DNA from: Octopus sinensis
Lineage: Eukaryota
Reading direction: 5' to 3'
Assembly: GCF_006345805.1 (NCBI RefSeq)
Contig: NC_043010.1
Coordinates: forward strand, 27,032,001-27,096,000
Length of the DNA stretch: 64,000 nt
Shown here: one piece after another, positions 52,739-64,000 of the stretch
Layout of the letters: each line of letters begins with the position of its first letter
Position numbering within the stretch: the first letter of the stretch is position 1
Translations under genes and position numbers: made by a program
Notes under the pieces: generated by a model
Seen by the model: the letters and a program-made list of their open reading frames with translations, nothing else
Databases searched by the model: none
Told to the model about the DNA's origin: nothing

Positions 52739-53287
52739 TCATTTAAAATATTTTAGAGTCTTCAATTTAGCGTGGACACAAACTTGTCCTACTTCAATAT
52801 GGTTATTTAACAAGCTTCTATTTTTTCTATGCCTTAGAATTTCATAGGTCTCCATGGAGCAGAGTTGGCAACCAACCCTGCTATTTTTATACGGCATTGC
52901 TCTCCTAACTATTTCCCAATTAAGGTTATAATTCCTGTTATTATTTTTGAGTTCCCAGATCTTACTTGAAAGTGTGGTGGTACCAGCTTTATGACGTAAT
53001 CTAAAAGATGAGACGTGATTTCTAACTCTTTTATTAAAATTTATTGTACAACCAATGTAAAAAAAATTGTTATTCTCAGTAGATATGGTACATTTATAGA
53101 TTACGTTATTTTCCCCGCAAAGACCAGGTGCCGGGCATCTTGACTTAATTCTACACTTACACGCAGGAGGAACAACTTCAGAAGTTGAATTATTCATGGG
53201 TAGATGTCTTATGTTCCTGTTATTTTGATTAAGGAACTTGGAAATCTGTTTGCAACCTATATCTGCCTTTAATGAAATTATCTCCAA
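52739..53287 (-). CDS. Penelope-type GIY-YIG endonuclease, uninterrupted 182-aa ORF (start uncertain)
   Basis: CKC...CPAPGLC..NVIYKCTI...FYIGCT..FNKRVRNH..SFR...TTLSSKIWELK...CQLCSMETYEIL..LLN is collinear with the GIY-YIG at 33445-34118. Confidence 0.8.
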   Translation of the reverse strand: MEIISLKADIGCKQISKFLNQNNRNIRHLPMNNSTSEVVPPACKCRIKSRCPAPGLCGENNVIYKCTISTENNNFFYIGCTINFNKRVRNHVSSFRLRHKAGTTTLSSKIWELKNNNRNYNLNWEIVRRAMPYKNSRVGCQLCSMETYEILRHRKNRSLLNNHIEVGQVCVHAKLKTLKYFK

Positions 53288-53339
53288 TATTTCATGAGTA
53301 TAACCTCACCCACTAAGATGTTTGGAGAACTCATATGTA

Positions 53340-53430
53340 TTTTAGCTGATGAGTACGGGACACTTTTATCTGCTGCAATTTTTGTAACTTGTAATAAAGC
53401 CTGTCTTTGTATGAAACAATTGTACTAAAA
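53340..53430 (+). ncRNA. Type I hammerhead with long loop II (antisense to the GIY-YIG ORF)
   Basis: UUUUAG CUGAUGA GUACGGGAC...GUCUUUGUAU GAAA CAAUUG UA^ CUAAAA; predicted cleavage after 53424. Confidence 0.75.
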
Positions 53431-53573
53431 ACTAATCCATTCTTGTTGCTTCTTTCTCGTTTATAATCACCCCACATTACTGTATGGTTAACACCATATA
53501 GTTTTTCTGGTGCATCTAAGTTAAGTACCACATTCAAGTAAATTCATTGGAAGTTACTTGAATCTTAATTGCT

Positions 53574-53634
<61 letters not shown>

Positions 53635-55143
53635 ATGAGATTGTGTGCAAGTGTATGTGATTGTGTGTGTGTGTGTGTGTGTTTGTCCCTCCCTTACCAT
53701 TGCTTGACAACAGGTGTTGGTGTGTTTACATCCCCGTAACTTAGCAGTTCAGCAAAAGATTACCAATAGAATAAGTACCAAACTCAAAAACGTAATTACT
53801 GGGGTCAGTCTGGTTGACTAAATCATTGTTCAAGGAACTGCTCCAGTATGGTCGCAGTCTAATGATTGAAACAATTAAAAGCTAAAAGATAAATTTGGTC
53901 TCTTGAGAAATGTCACACAAATAAATCTGAAAGTATGAAATAAGACAAGAAAAGACTAGTGAGGGTGGGCATGGCAAATAACTGAAATGGCTAGAGCTCT
54001 TCAGAAGGGAGATTGAAAAAAGCTAACAAAAATGTCTGCTATCTCTCACAGTATTTTAGTTTGTCAAAACCAAAGATAGAAAAAAATGTCTTACATTTTA
54101 AAGTATCTTATAATGGTCTAGCAGCCATGGGCAAAGTGCAGCCTGCAGCAGTTTCCGAATGGTATGCCCAATATAAAAAAAAATTGCCTTGAATTATTTT
54201 AGTAGTTCTTCCCACATGTGCCAAGTCTCAAGTGGCTGGATTCTTGAGAAAGGTTGCTGATGCAATGATTTCGGATTAACCCATGCAAGTATGAAAATGA
54301 TGATAGATATTGAACATTGTCTTTATCATTGTTTAGCATCCGTTTTCCATGCTGTCATGGGTTGGATGGGTTGACAGAAACTAGCGAAAGTCTACTTGTC
54401 TGTTGTGGTGTGGCGTCTATGGCTGGATGTCCTTCCTAATGCCAACCACTTTACAGTGTGTGATGGGTGCTTTTTTACATGTCACTGCTTATGCAGCACC
54501 TGCACAAAAGTGCATTTTATGTGTCACCGCTACATGTAAAACACAAGCCTGAATGTATGATTTTACTTCAAGTACAGCAAGTTACCACAACTCCCAGGCA
54601 CTTGTCATTTAATACATACATTATTGCATATTGTTGCTATTATGCAAAAGTGTTGTAAGTCCAAGATGTTGCTTTTTCAATAAATGAAAATATAGTTTCA
54701 CCATTCCATAGCAAAACCATTGTAATATACTTTGACAATTTCTGATATCTTGGCATCTGAAGTAGCTGGAGATATGAGAGTTTGACCAAAAGAACTGACA
54801 TATTACAAGCAAAAATAAATATTGATAAAAAGAAAGCATTTGGCCAAATTTTGATATACGTCAGTTTAACATAATAGCAACAATATATATATATTTTTTT
54901 CTTTTACTTGTATCAGTCATTTGACAGCAGCAATGCTGGAGCACTGCCTTTAGTCAAGCAAATCGACCACAGGACTTATTCTTTGTAAACCTAGTACTTA
55001 TTCTATCGGTCTCTTTTTTGCAGAACTGCTATGTTGCAGGGACAGAAACACACCAGTGCCAGTTGTCAGGAGGTGGCAGAAAAGAAATGCGGGCATAAGG
55101 ACACACACACATAGATATATACATATATATGTGTGTGTATATA

Positions 55144-55189
<46 letters not shown>

Positions 55190-55285
55190 TATATGACGCT
55201 AAACGATGATGATGATGATGATGATGATATACATATATAAACATACATCTACATATATATATATACATATATACATATACATATA

Positions 55286-55330
<45 letters not shown>

Positions 55331-55359
55331 GTATATATATATATGTATATATATATGTG

Positions 55360-55405
<46 letters not shown>

Positions 55406-55754
55406 ATATATACGACAGACTTCTTTCAGTTTCTGTCTACCAAATCCTCTCACAAAGCTTTGGTTGGCCTGAGGCTGTAGTAGAAGTCACTTGCCCAATC
55501 TGCCATGCAGTGGAACTAAACCCAGAACCATGTGGTTGGGAAGCAAGCTTCTTACCGCACAACCTTTCCTGTGTGCCTCTATATATATATATAGTTTAAT
55601 AAAGTATTGATTGGGTATTATCTGATGGTTGATGATTGATTTAGGCATGTTTCTCCATTTTCTCATTTTGTATATATATATATATATATATATAAGGCGA
55701 TTAGAAATTGTATGGATAATACCGTACTAAATTGTGGTGCCTCAACTCAAGTAC

Positions 55755-56750
55755 CATAACCTGTGGCCTATGAGAAGGACTGGCAAACCAAGTGAGACCA
55801 CAACCCATGGTCTATCAGAAGACCCGGCAAACCAAGTGAAACCATAACCCATGGTCTATGACAAGACCCAGCAAACAAAATGAGACCATAACCCGTGGTC
55901 TATGAGAAGACCGGGCAAACGAAGTGAGACCACAACCCATGGTCTATGAGAAGACCCGGCAAACCAAGTGAGACCATAACCCGTGGTCTATGAGAAAACC
56001 CGGCAAACCAAGTGAGACCATAACCCATGGTCTATGAGAAGACCCGGCAAACCAAGTGAGACCATAACCCGTGGTCTATGAGAAAACCCGGCAAACCAAG
56101 TGAGACCATAACCCATGGTCTATGAGAAGACCCGGCAAACCAAGTGAGACTATAATCCGTGGTCTATGAGAAGACCTGACAAACCAAGTGAGACCATAAC
56201 CTGTGGTCTATGAGAAGACCCGGCAAACTAAATGAGACCATAACCCATGGTCTATGAGAAGACCCGGCAAATTAAGTGAGACCATAACCCGTGGTCTATG
56301 AGAAGACCCGGCAAACCAAGTGAGACCATAACCCATGGTCTACCCGTGGTTTATGAGAAGACCGGGCAAACCAAGTGAGACCATGACCCGTGGCCAATGA
56401 GAAGACCTGGCAAACCAAGTGTGACCATAACCTGTGGTCTATGAGAAGACCTGGCTAACCAAGTGAGACCATAACCTGTGATCTATGAGAAGACCTGGCA
56501 AACCAAGTGAGACCATAACCCGTGGTCTATAAGAAGACCGGCAAACCAAGTGAAACCATAACCCGTGGTCTGTGAGTAGACCCAGCAAACTAAGTGAGAC
56601 CATAACCTGTTGCCTATGAGAAGACCCAGCAAACCAAGTGAGACCATAACCCATGGCCTATGAGAAGACCGGGCAAACCAAGTGAGACCATATCCCGTGG
56701 TCTATGAGAAGACCCGGAAAACCAAGTGAGACCATAACCCATGACCTATG
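55755..56750 (+). repeat. 44-bp minisatellite, about 22 copies
   Basis: Unit gagaccataacccgtggtctatgagaagacccggcaaaccaagt, without spacers; runs directly into an RTE 3'-UTR copy at about 56755. Confidence 0.95.
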
Positions 56751-57573
56751 CCAGGTGTGTAACTAAACCACTTATGCGTACCTTTCCTTCATTGGACACT
56801 AAACTCTGCTTGCGAAGACCTGTTGAGGCAAGTGAAATCGCAATCAAATCAAATTCACAAATTCAATTACTAGCGCCCATGCCAGTGAAGCGCTAAGAGC
56901 ACCATCTGAGCGTGATCACTACCAGAGCAGCTGACTGGCTTCCGTGCCAGTGGCATGCAAAAAGCATCATTCAAACGTGATCGTTACCAGCATCACCTTA
57001 CTGGCATTCGTGCCAGTGGCATGTGAAAAACATTCGAGCGAGGTCGTTGCCAGTGCTGCCTGACTGACCCACGTGCCCATGCCATGTAAAAGCACCCATT
57101 ACACTCTCGGAGTGGTTGGCGTTATGAAGGGCATCCAGCTCTAGAAACTCTGCCAGATCAGATTGAAGCTTGGTGCTGCCATCTGGTTTGCCACCCCCCC
57201 AGTCAAACAGTCCAACCCATGCTAGCATGGAAAGTGGACGTTAAAAAATGATGATGATGATGATGATGATGATATATCAAAATAAGTAACAGGATTTCAA
57301 GTAGTAATGCTGTACAACCATTTCAAGTGGCTGCATTTAATTGAACAATGCATCAATTTAAATACAGCGCTATCTTCAGTTGCACAAATATGGAACTTCA
57401 ACAGACAAGATACATAAATATAACTTTTCTTAAATATTCTAAAAGAGCAAGAGGATGGAAGAAATTCATGTTGTTGCTATTTTAGCAGAAATGGCTAAGA
57501 GAACAGACTACAATTCTATTATTAGAGTAGCTTGTAACACATAGGTGCTTCAACTTATATATATATATGTATG

Positions 57574-57615
<42 letters not shown>

Positions 57616-58962
57616 GGTGGCAAGCTGGCAGAATCTTTAGCAGGCTGTGTGAAATGCTTAGTGACATTTCATCTGACTTCAGGCTCTGAGCTCAAATTCC
57701 AGCAAGGTCTACATAAATATGTATGGATGCATTCATGCATGCATTTATATACATGCGCACATTTAACACACACGCATATCTGTAACCTTCCATGGCATAT
57801 CAGTGATTATCAATGACAATAATCTTTACACAGATGGATCAATCAGTTAATCCTGACTTGAATTTATTTTGAAGAATAAAACAGTTCATGAAAAGCTTAT
57901 TGAATGAGTTTTGTTGCATGCTAGAGACTTTTTTTTTTATTTTCCAATAGCATTCTCTGTACAGAATGTCATAGGATTATATTTCCTTTTAAGAACCAGC
58001 TTCAGTTGGAGACATCAAATTGATATCTGTAAAGGTTCCTGAAGAAATTTCCATTTTGGATTTCTCTCAATTTGATCATTTTGGATATTTTTGATAATTT
58101 CTTGGGTTGATTATTGGCAATTCACTGACTGTGAGTGTATGTATATATGTTTATGTACATAAATAGTTGTGTGTGTGTGTGTGTGTGTGATTGTTGTCAT
58201 CATCATTTAAAGTCTATCTTCTATGCATGGGCAGGATGGTTGACAGGAGCCAGCAAGGTAGAAAACTATCCCAGGCTACTGTGTCTATTTTGACAAGGTT
58301 TTTATGGCTGGATGCCCTTCCTAACACCAACCACTCTGCAGAGTGAATGCAGTGCTTTTTATGTGGCACTTGCACAATCGAGGTTAGTTTTGGCAAGATT
58401 TTTACAGCTCGATGCCCTTCCAAATGCCAACCACTTTACAATGTGGACTGGATGCTTTTTACAGGCACCAGCACTTGCAGGGTAACCAAGTAACTTGCAA
58501 GACAAGGAATTTTGAGAGGGGGTGGGCATTTGAGGAGGGTAATTTGTGTCAGAGGATGAAAGATTAGAGTATACACACACACACACATACAGATATGATT
58601 ACAGTAAAGAGGTGAATGCTAGATATGCTTAGTATAGAAAACACAAGATAGTACTCTAATGATTTGAACTTAAATCCCAAACTCTTTATCTTCTAAATAT
58701 ATGTAGTCATATGTATCTATATATCTCTGTATTTATATGTCAAGACTAATCATGCTTATCTGCATCATTATTTCTATACATATTAATATATATACATATA
58801 TATATAAATATATATTTAAATAATGAGGGAGATAAATTGAATATTAATTTAATTAATATCAATTTAAAACCAGTAGCCTAGCATACAAAAATCTGAAAAA
58901 TCAGAGAAAATTCTAATACATGTATATATACATATATATATAAATAAATATATATATAATAA

Positions 58963-59037
<75 letters not shown>

Positions 59038-59887
59038 ATCATCATCATCATTTAACGTCCGCTTTCCATGCTAGCATGGGTTGGACGGTTCAACTGGGGT
59101 CTGAGGAGCCCGAAGGCTGCACCAGGCCAGTCAGATCTGGCAGTGTTTCTACAGCTGGATGCCCTTCCTAACGCCAACCACTCCAAGAGTGTAGTGGGTG
59201 ATTTTGTGTGCCATCGACACAGTGCCAGACGAGGCTGGCAGACGGCCACGCTCGGATGGTGTTTTAATGTGCCACTGACACAGGTGCCAGATGAGGCTGG
59301 CGAACGGCCACGATCAGATGGTGTTTGTTACGTGCCCACAGCACGGAGGCCAGTCGATGCGGTACTGGCTACGGCCACGTTCGGATGGTTTTCTTGTATG
59401 CCACCGGCACTGGTACCACAAAGATACAAATTCCATTGATGTTCATCTATTTTGATTTGATTTGATTTGATTTTGATTTTGATTTTCACTTGCCTCAACA
59501 GGTCTTCACAAGATGTTCATCTATTTTGATTTGTTTTGATTTGATTTGATTTGATTTTGATTTTCACTTGCCTCAACAGGTCTTCACAAGTGTCACAAGA
59601 AGGAAGGTATGCACAGGTGGACTGACTACGTCCCAGGTAGGGGTCACGGGTTATGGCCTGACTATTCTTGCCGGGTCTTCGGATGGTGTTTTTATGTGCC
59701 ACCAACACAGGTGCCAGATGAGGCTGGCAAACGGCCACGATCGGATGGTGTTTGTTACGTGCCCACAGCACGGAGGCCAGTCGATGCGGTACTGGCTACG
59801 GCCACGTTCGGATGGTTTTCTTGTGTGCCACAATGATACAAATTCCATTGATGTTCATCTATTTTGATTTGTTTTGATTTGATATAC

Positions 59888-60006
<119 letters not shown>

Positions 60007-60214
60007 CGCCAGACTGGCCCTCGTGCCAGTGGCATGTAAAAGTACCCACTACACTTTCGGAGTGGTTGGCGTAATGAAGTTCATCCAGCTGTAGAAACTC
60101 TGCCAGATCAGATTGGAGCCTGGTGCAGCCATCTGGTTCGCCAGTCCTCAGTCAAATCATCCAATCCATGCTAGCATGGAAAGCGGACGCTAAATGATGA
60201 TGATGATGATCATC

Positions 60215-61915
60215 ATCATCATCGTCGTTTAACATCCGTTCTCCATGCTAGCATGGGTTGGACGGTTCGACCGGGGTTCTGGGAAGCCAGAAGGCTGCAC
60301 CAGGCTCCAGTCTAATTTGGCAATGTTTCTACAGCTGGATGCCCTTCCTAACGCCAACCACTCCGTGAGTGTAGTGGGTGCTTTTTACGTGCCACCTGCA
60401 CAGGTGCCAGGCGGGGCTGGCAACGGCCACGGTCAGATTGGTGTATTTTATGTGCCACCGGCACGGAAGCCAGTCGAGGCGGTGCTGGCATCGGCCACGA
60501 GTCGGATAGTGCTTTTTACGTACCACCAGACCAGGGATCCTGGCTGGTTCAATTCGATTTCGATTTCGCTTGCCCCAACATGTCTTCACAAGCAAAGGGG
60601 GTTGGCAAGGGTGCCTGTCGTACGGTCGCATTGGAGTATTTTACGTGCCACGGCCACGAGTCGGATAGTGCTTTACGTACCACCAGACCAGGGATACTGG
60701 CTGGTTCAATTCGATTTCGATTTCGCTTGCCCCAACATGTCTTCACAAGCAAAGGGGGTTGGCAAGGGTGCCTGTCGTACGGTCGCATTGGAGTATTTTA
60801 CGTGCCACGGCCACGAGTCGGATAGTGCTTTACGTACCACCAGACCAGGGATCCTGGCTGGTTCAATTCGATTTCGATTTCGCTTGCCCCAACATGTCTT
60901 CACAAGCAAAGGGGGTTGGCATGGGTGCCTGTCGTACGGTCGCATTGGAGTATTTTACGTGCCACGGCCCCGAGTCGGATAGTGCTTTTTACGTACCACC
61001 AGGCCAGGGATCCTGGCTGGTTCAATTCGGTTTCGATTTCGATTTCGATTTCGCTTGCCCCAACATGTCTTCGCAAGCATGGGGGGTTGGGATGGGTGTC
61101 TGTCGTCGGATGAGGTTCTATATCGACTTCGCTTGCCTCAACCGGTCTTTGTGTCCAAGGGAGGAAAGGCATTCATAAGTGGGCTGGGCTCACTTGTCCT
61201 GCCTGGTCTTCTCACGTACAGAATATTTCCAAAGGTCTCGGTCTCTGGTCATTTCCTCAGTGAGGCCTAAAGTTCGAAGGTCGTGCTTCACCACCTCGTC
61301 CCAGGTTTTCCTGGGTCTACCTCTTCCACGGGTTCCCTCAACTGCTAGGGATTGGCACTTTCTCACACACCTATCTTCATCCATTCTCGCCACATGACCA
61401 TACCAGCGCAATCGTCTCTCTTGCACACCACAACTGATGCTTCTTAGGTACAACATTTCTCTCAAGGTGCTAACGCTCTGTCGAGTATGTACACTGACAT
61501 TACACATCCATCGGAGCATACTGGCTTCATTCCTCACGAGCTTACGCATGTCCTCAGCAGTCACAGCCCATGTTTCGCTGCCATGTAGCATGGCTGTTCG
61601 TACACACGCATCATACAGTCTGCCTTTTACTCTGAGCGAGAGGCCTTTAGTCACCAGCAGAGGTAAGAGCTCCCTAAACTTTGCCCAGGCTATTCTTATT
61701 CTAGCAGTTACACTTTCAGCGCACCCACCCCCACTACTGACTTGGTCACCTAGATAACGGAAGCTATCAACTACTTCTAGTTTTTCCCCCTGGAAAGTGA
61801 CGGAAGTTGTTTTCTGCAGATTTTCGGAGGTTAATGCTCCCGAGCATCTGCCACATACAAAAACTATCTTCCCAGTTAGCCTACCTTTGACATTGCTGCA
61901 CCTCTTATGTGTCCA
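60215..61915 (-). mobile_element. RTE LINE 3' portion: ORF2 C-terminus, 3' UTR with about 157-bp tandem repeats, (GAT)n tail
   Basis: ORF 61190-61966 (WTHKRCS..CGRC, YLGDQVS, RLRWYGHVARM, GRGRPRKTW) ends ...REKTRQDK*; UTR repeats start at about 60492, 60651, 60808 and 60964. Confidence 0.95.
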
Positions 61916-61917
61916 TG

Positions 61918-61948
<31 letters not shown>

Positions 61949-62398
61949 TAAACATACTGTTAACAAAAGTCAGGATGTGTGGCGTTAAATACTACAATGC
62001 ATTAAATACTACAAAACGTACACATAGGACTGACACTAGCTAGAACTCTAATACGTCATCAGTTATCGACCTAAAAATGCTAACACCTAGTTTCATGCCT
62101 TTAATGATAAGACTAGGAACTTCATATATCAGCAGTGCCTGCAAGATTTGCGGAGAATTAGGGCTTGAGTAAACAAAATAATAGAGGTTGGACATTTGAA
62201 ACGATAAAGACAATAAATAAATATAGCCTTGGGGGACAAACACAAAAATGATGGATTAACACCTGGGTGAAATCCTCAAATGGATATAAAGAACAGAATT
62301 AAGAAGAGAAAAGAGGTTGACCAGCATGCTAGACATCCAATGGTAATATATATTATATATATTAATATGTGTGTGTATGTATATATATATATATATAT

Positions 62399-62496
<98 letters not shown>

Positions 62497-62505
62497 TATA
62501 TATAT

Positions 62506-62552
<47 letters not shown>

Positions 62553-62769
62553 AATAGGCAAAGTGGCAGGGTTCCTTTTGAGTATTGGGCCTCAGAGAGG
62601 CAATGACTGAGACCTTTTGGCATTACGTCATGCTTAAGATGAAGACCCATCAAGCCAAGCAAAATCACAGTCATGGTAGATACTGGTGTCATGCAAATTG
62701 GCACCCATGCCAGTGGCACATAAATGCACCCCAGTGTCATGCCATTATGAAAGACTGCTGAACATGGAG

Positions 62770-64000
62770 AATGACTGGGAAGAGGAGAGCCTGCCAAATG
62801 TTGATCCAATTGAGGGACCAGCTATCTGAATTGACAATACCTTGGTAGATAAAGCAATTAAGGATATGAAGAGGAGGAAAGCCCCCGGCCCTTCATGAAT
62901 CACCACTGAGATGTTTAAAATATCTGGCAGTGTGGGTTATGATCTAGTCACCCGTATTGTGAATCAGGTGGTTCACAAAGGAGTTATACCCAATGACTGG
63001 TGTAGCTGCACCATAGTCACCTGCTACAAAGGTAAAGGTGATACCTTAGAAATAATTGCAGAGGTATCAAATTGTTGGCTCAGGGGATGAAAGTTACGGA
63101 GAGAATCATAATCCAACTAATTATGGAGAGAGTTAATCTAGATGAGATGTAGTTTGGGTTTGTGCCTGGGAGCAGCACCACTGATGCTATATTTCTGGTA
63201 AGGCAACTGCAGGAGAAATATCTTGCCAAAAATAAACCAACCTCTGTACTTGGCTTTTGTTGACTTGGAGAAAGCTTTTGACAGGGTTCCCAGATCCCTT
63301 ATCTGGTGGTCAATGCAGAAACTAGGGATAAATGAGTGGTTGGTGAGAGCTGTACAAGCCTTGTACAGGGACACTACCAATAAGGTGAGGGTTAGCAACG
63401 AGTACAGTGAAGAATTCAGGGTACAAATAGGGGTTTGCCAAGAATTGGTCTTGTTCATCATAGTCCTCCAGAGGAATTTAAGACAGGCTGTCAGAATTAG
63501 AGAAGTTCCAGGTATGGAAGCAAGGTCTAGAATCAAAGGGCCTTAGAGTTAACCTGGCAAAAGCTTAAGTCTTAGTAAGTAGGAAGGCAAACAAACTACA
63601 AATCCTTTCAGGTAGACAGTTCTGCTTGATCTACAGAAAAGGCACAGGTAGAAACTTCATAAGATGCACCCAGTGTAAGCTTTGGACACACAAAAAGTGC
63701 AGCAATATCAGAGGAAGGTTAATAGGGAAAATAACTTTTGTTTGTGGAAGATGCACAGGTACAATAAACACCAAAAATGTACAGAAAATAGACTCCATCA
63801 ACTGCCAGGTGTGTAAGCTAGAAGTAGTAGATAGCTTTTGTTATCTAGGTGACCAAGTTAGTAGTGGAGATGGATGCTCTGAGAGCATAGCTGTGAGAAT
63901 AAGATTAGGCTGGGCAAAGTTCAGAGAGCTCCTACCTCTGCTGGCAACAAAGGATCTTTCCCTCAGAGTGAAAGGCAGATTGTATGATGCCTGTATGCGA
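62770..64000 (+). mobile_element. Decayed RTE ORF2 (RT to post-RT), runs off the window
   Basis: KAPGP, LYLAFVDLEKAFDRVPRSLIWWSM, RCTQCKLWTHKKCS..CGRC and YLGDQVSSG, with stops and deletions. Confidence 0.9.

Larger units (their letters stand above)
51196..53575 (-). mobile_element. RT-less Penelope-like element: GIY-YIG ORF between 230-bp inverted repeats that each carry a hammerhead
   Basis: IR 51196-51426 versus 53228-53457; ORF 52739-53287; (TA)n on both sides; splits a family A SINE (head 51005-51150, tail about 53640-53885). Confidence 0.85.

Noticed and set aside
55755-56750. CRISPR-like regular array
   Set aside because: Units are contiguous with no unique spacers, the context is eukaryotic and there are no cas genes; it is a minisatellite.
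57951-58131. Exon with good acceptor (ttttccaatag) and donor (gtgagt)
   Set aside because: All three + frames contain stops; could only be non-coding, and there is no further support.

Overview
AT-rich, repeat-saturated eukaryotic DNA. The SINE families, RTE LINEs, Penelope-like elements and huge (TA)n/(CA)n/(TAA)n tracts suggest an octopod cephalopod; this is recalled pattern, not a database match. Most ORFs in the supplied track are microsatellite translations. Real content: (i) a few short + strand exons of an unidentified host gene (about 3.6-3.8 kb and 13.9-14.3 kb); (ii) decayed transposons: RTE LINEs carrying a PHD-type finger (1-2 kb, 45.6 kb, 60-62 kb, 62.8-64 kb), a (TAA)n-embedded REL-endonuclease LINE 3' end, a two-LTR Gypsy (Mag-like) element, a decayed Helitron, several Tc1/mariner relics and MITEs, and three Penelope-like GIY-YIG/RT pieces; (iii) many SINEs; (iv) an unusual density of long perfect or near-perfect palindromes. 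The most interesting unannotated layer is a set of about 8-10 type-I hammerhead ribozyme (HHR) motifs from several unrelated sequence families, nearly all in short elements embedded in (TA)n tracts. They include a tRNA-headed SINE carrying an HHR, and a 2.4-kb RT-less GIY-YIG element bracketed by HHR-containing inverted repeats that landed inside the (TA)n tract of a SINE. A 44-bp minisatellite is built from the stop-codon region of RTE ORF2. All folds were read by eye; nothing was computed or searched.
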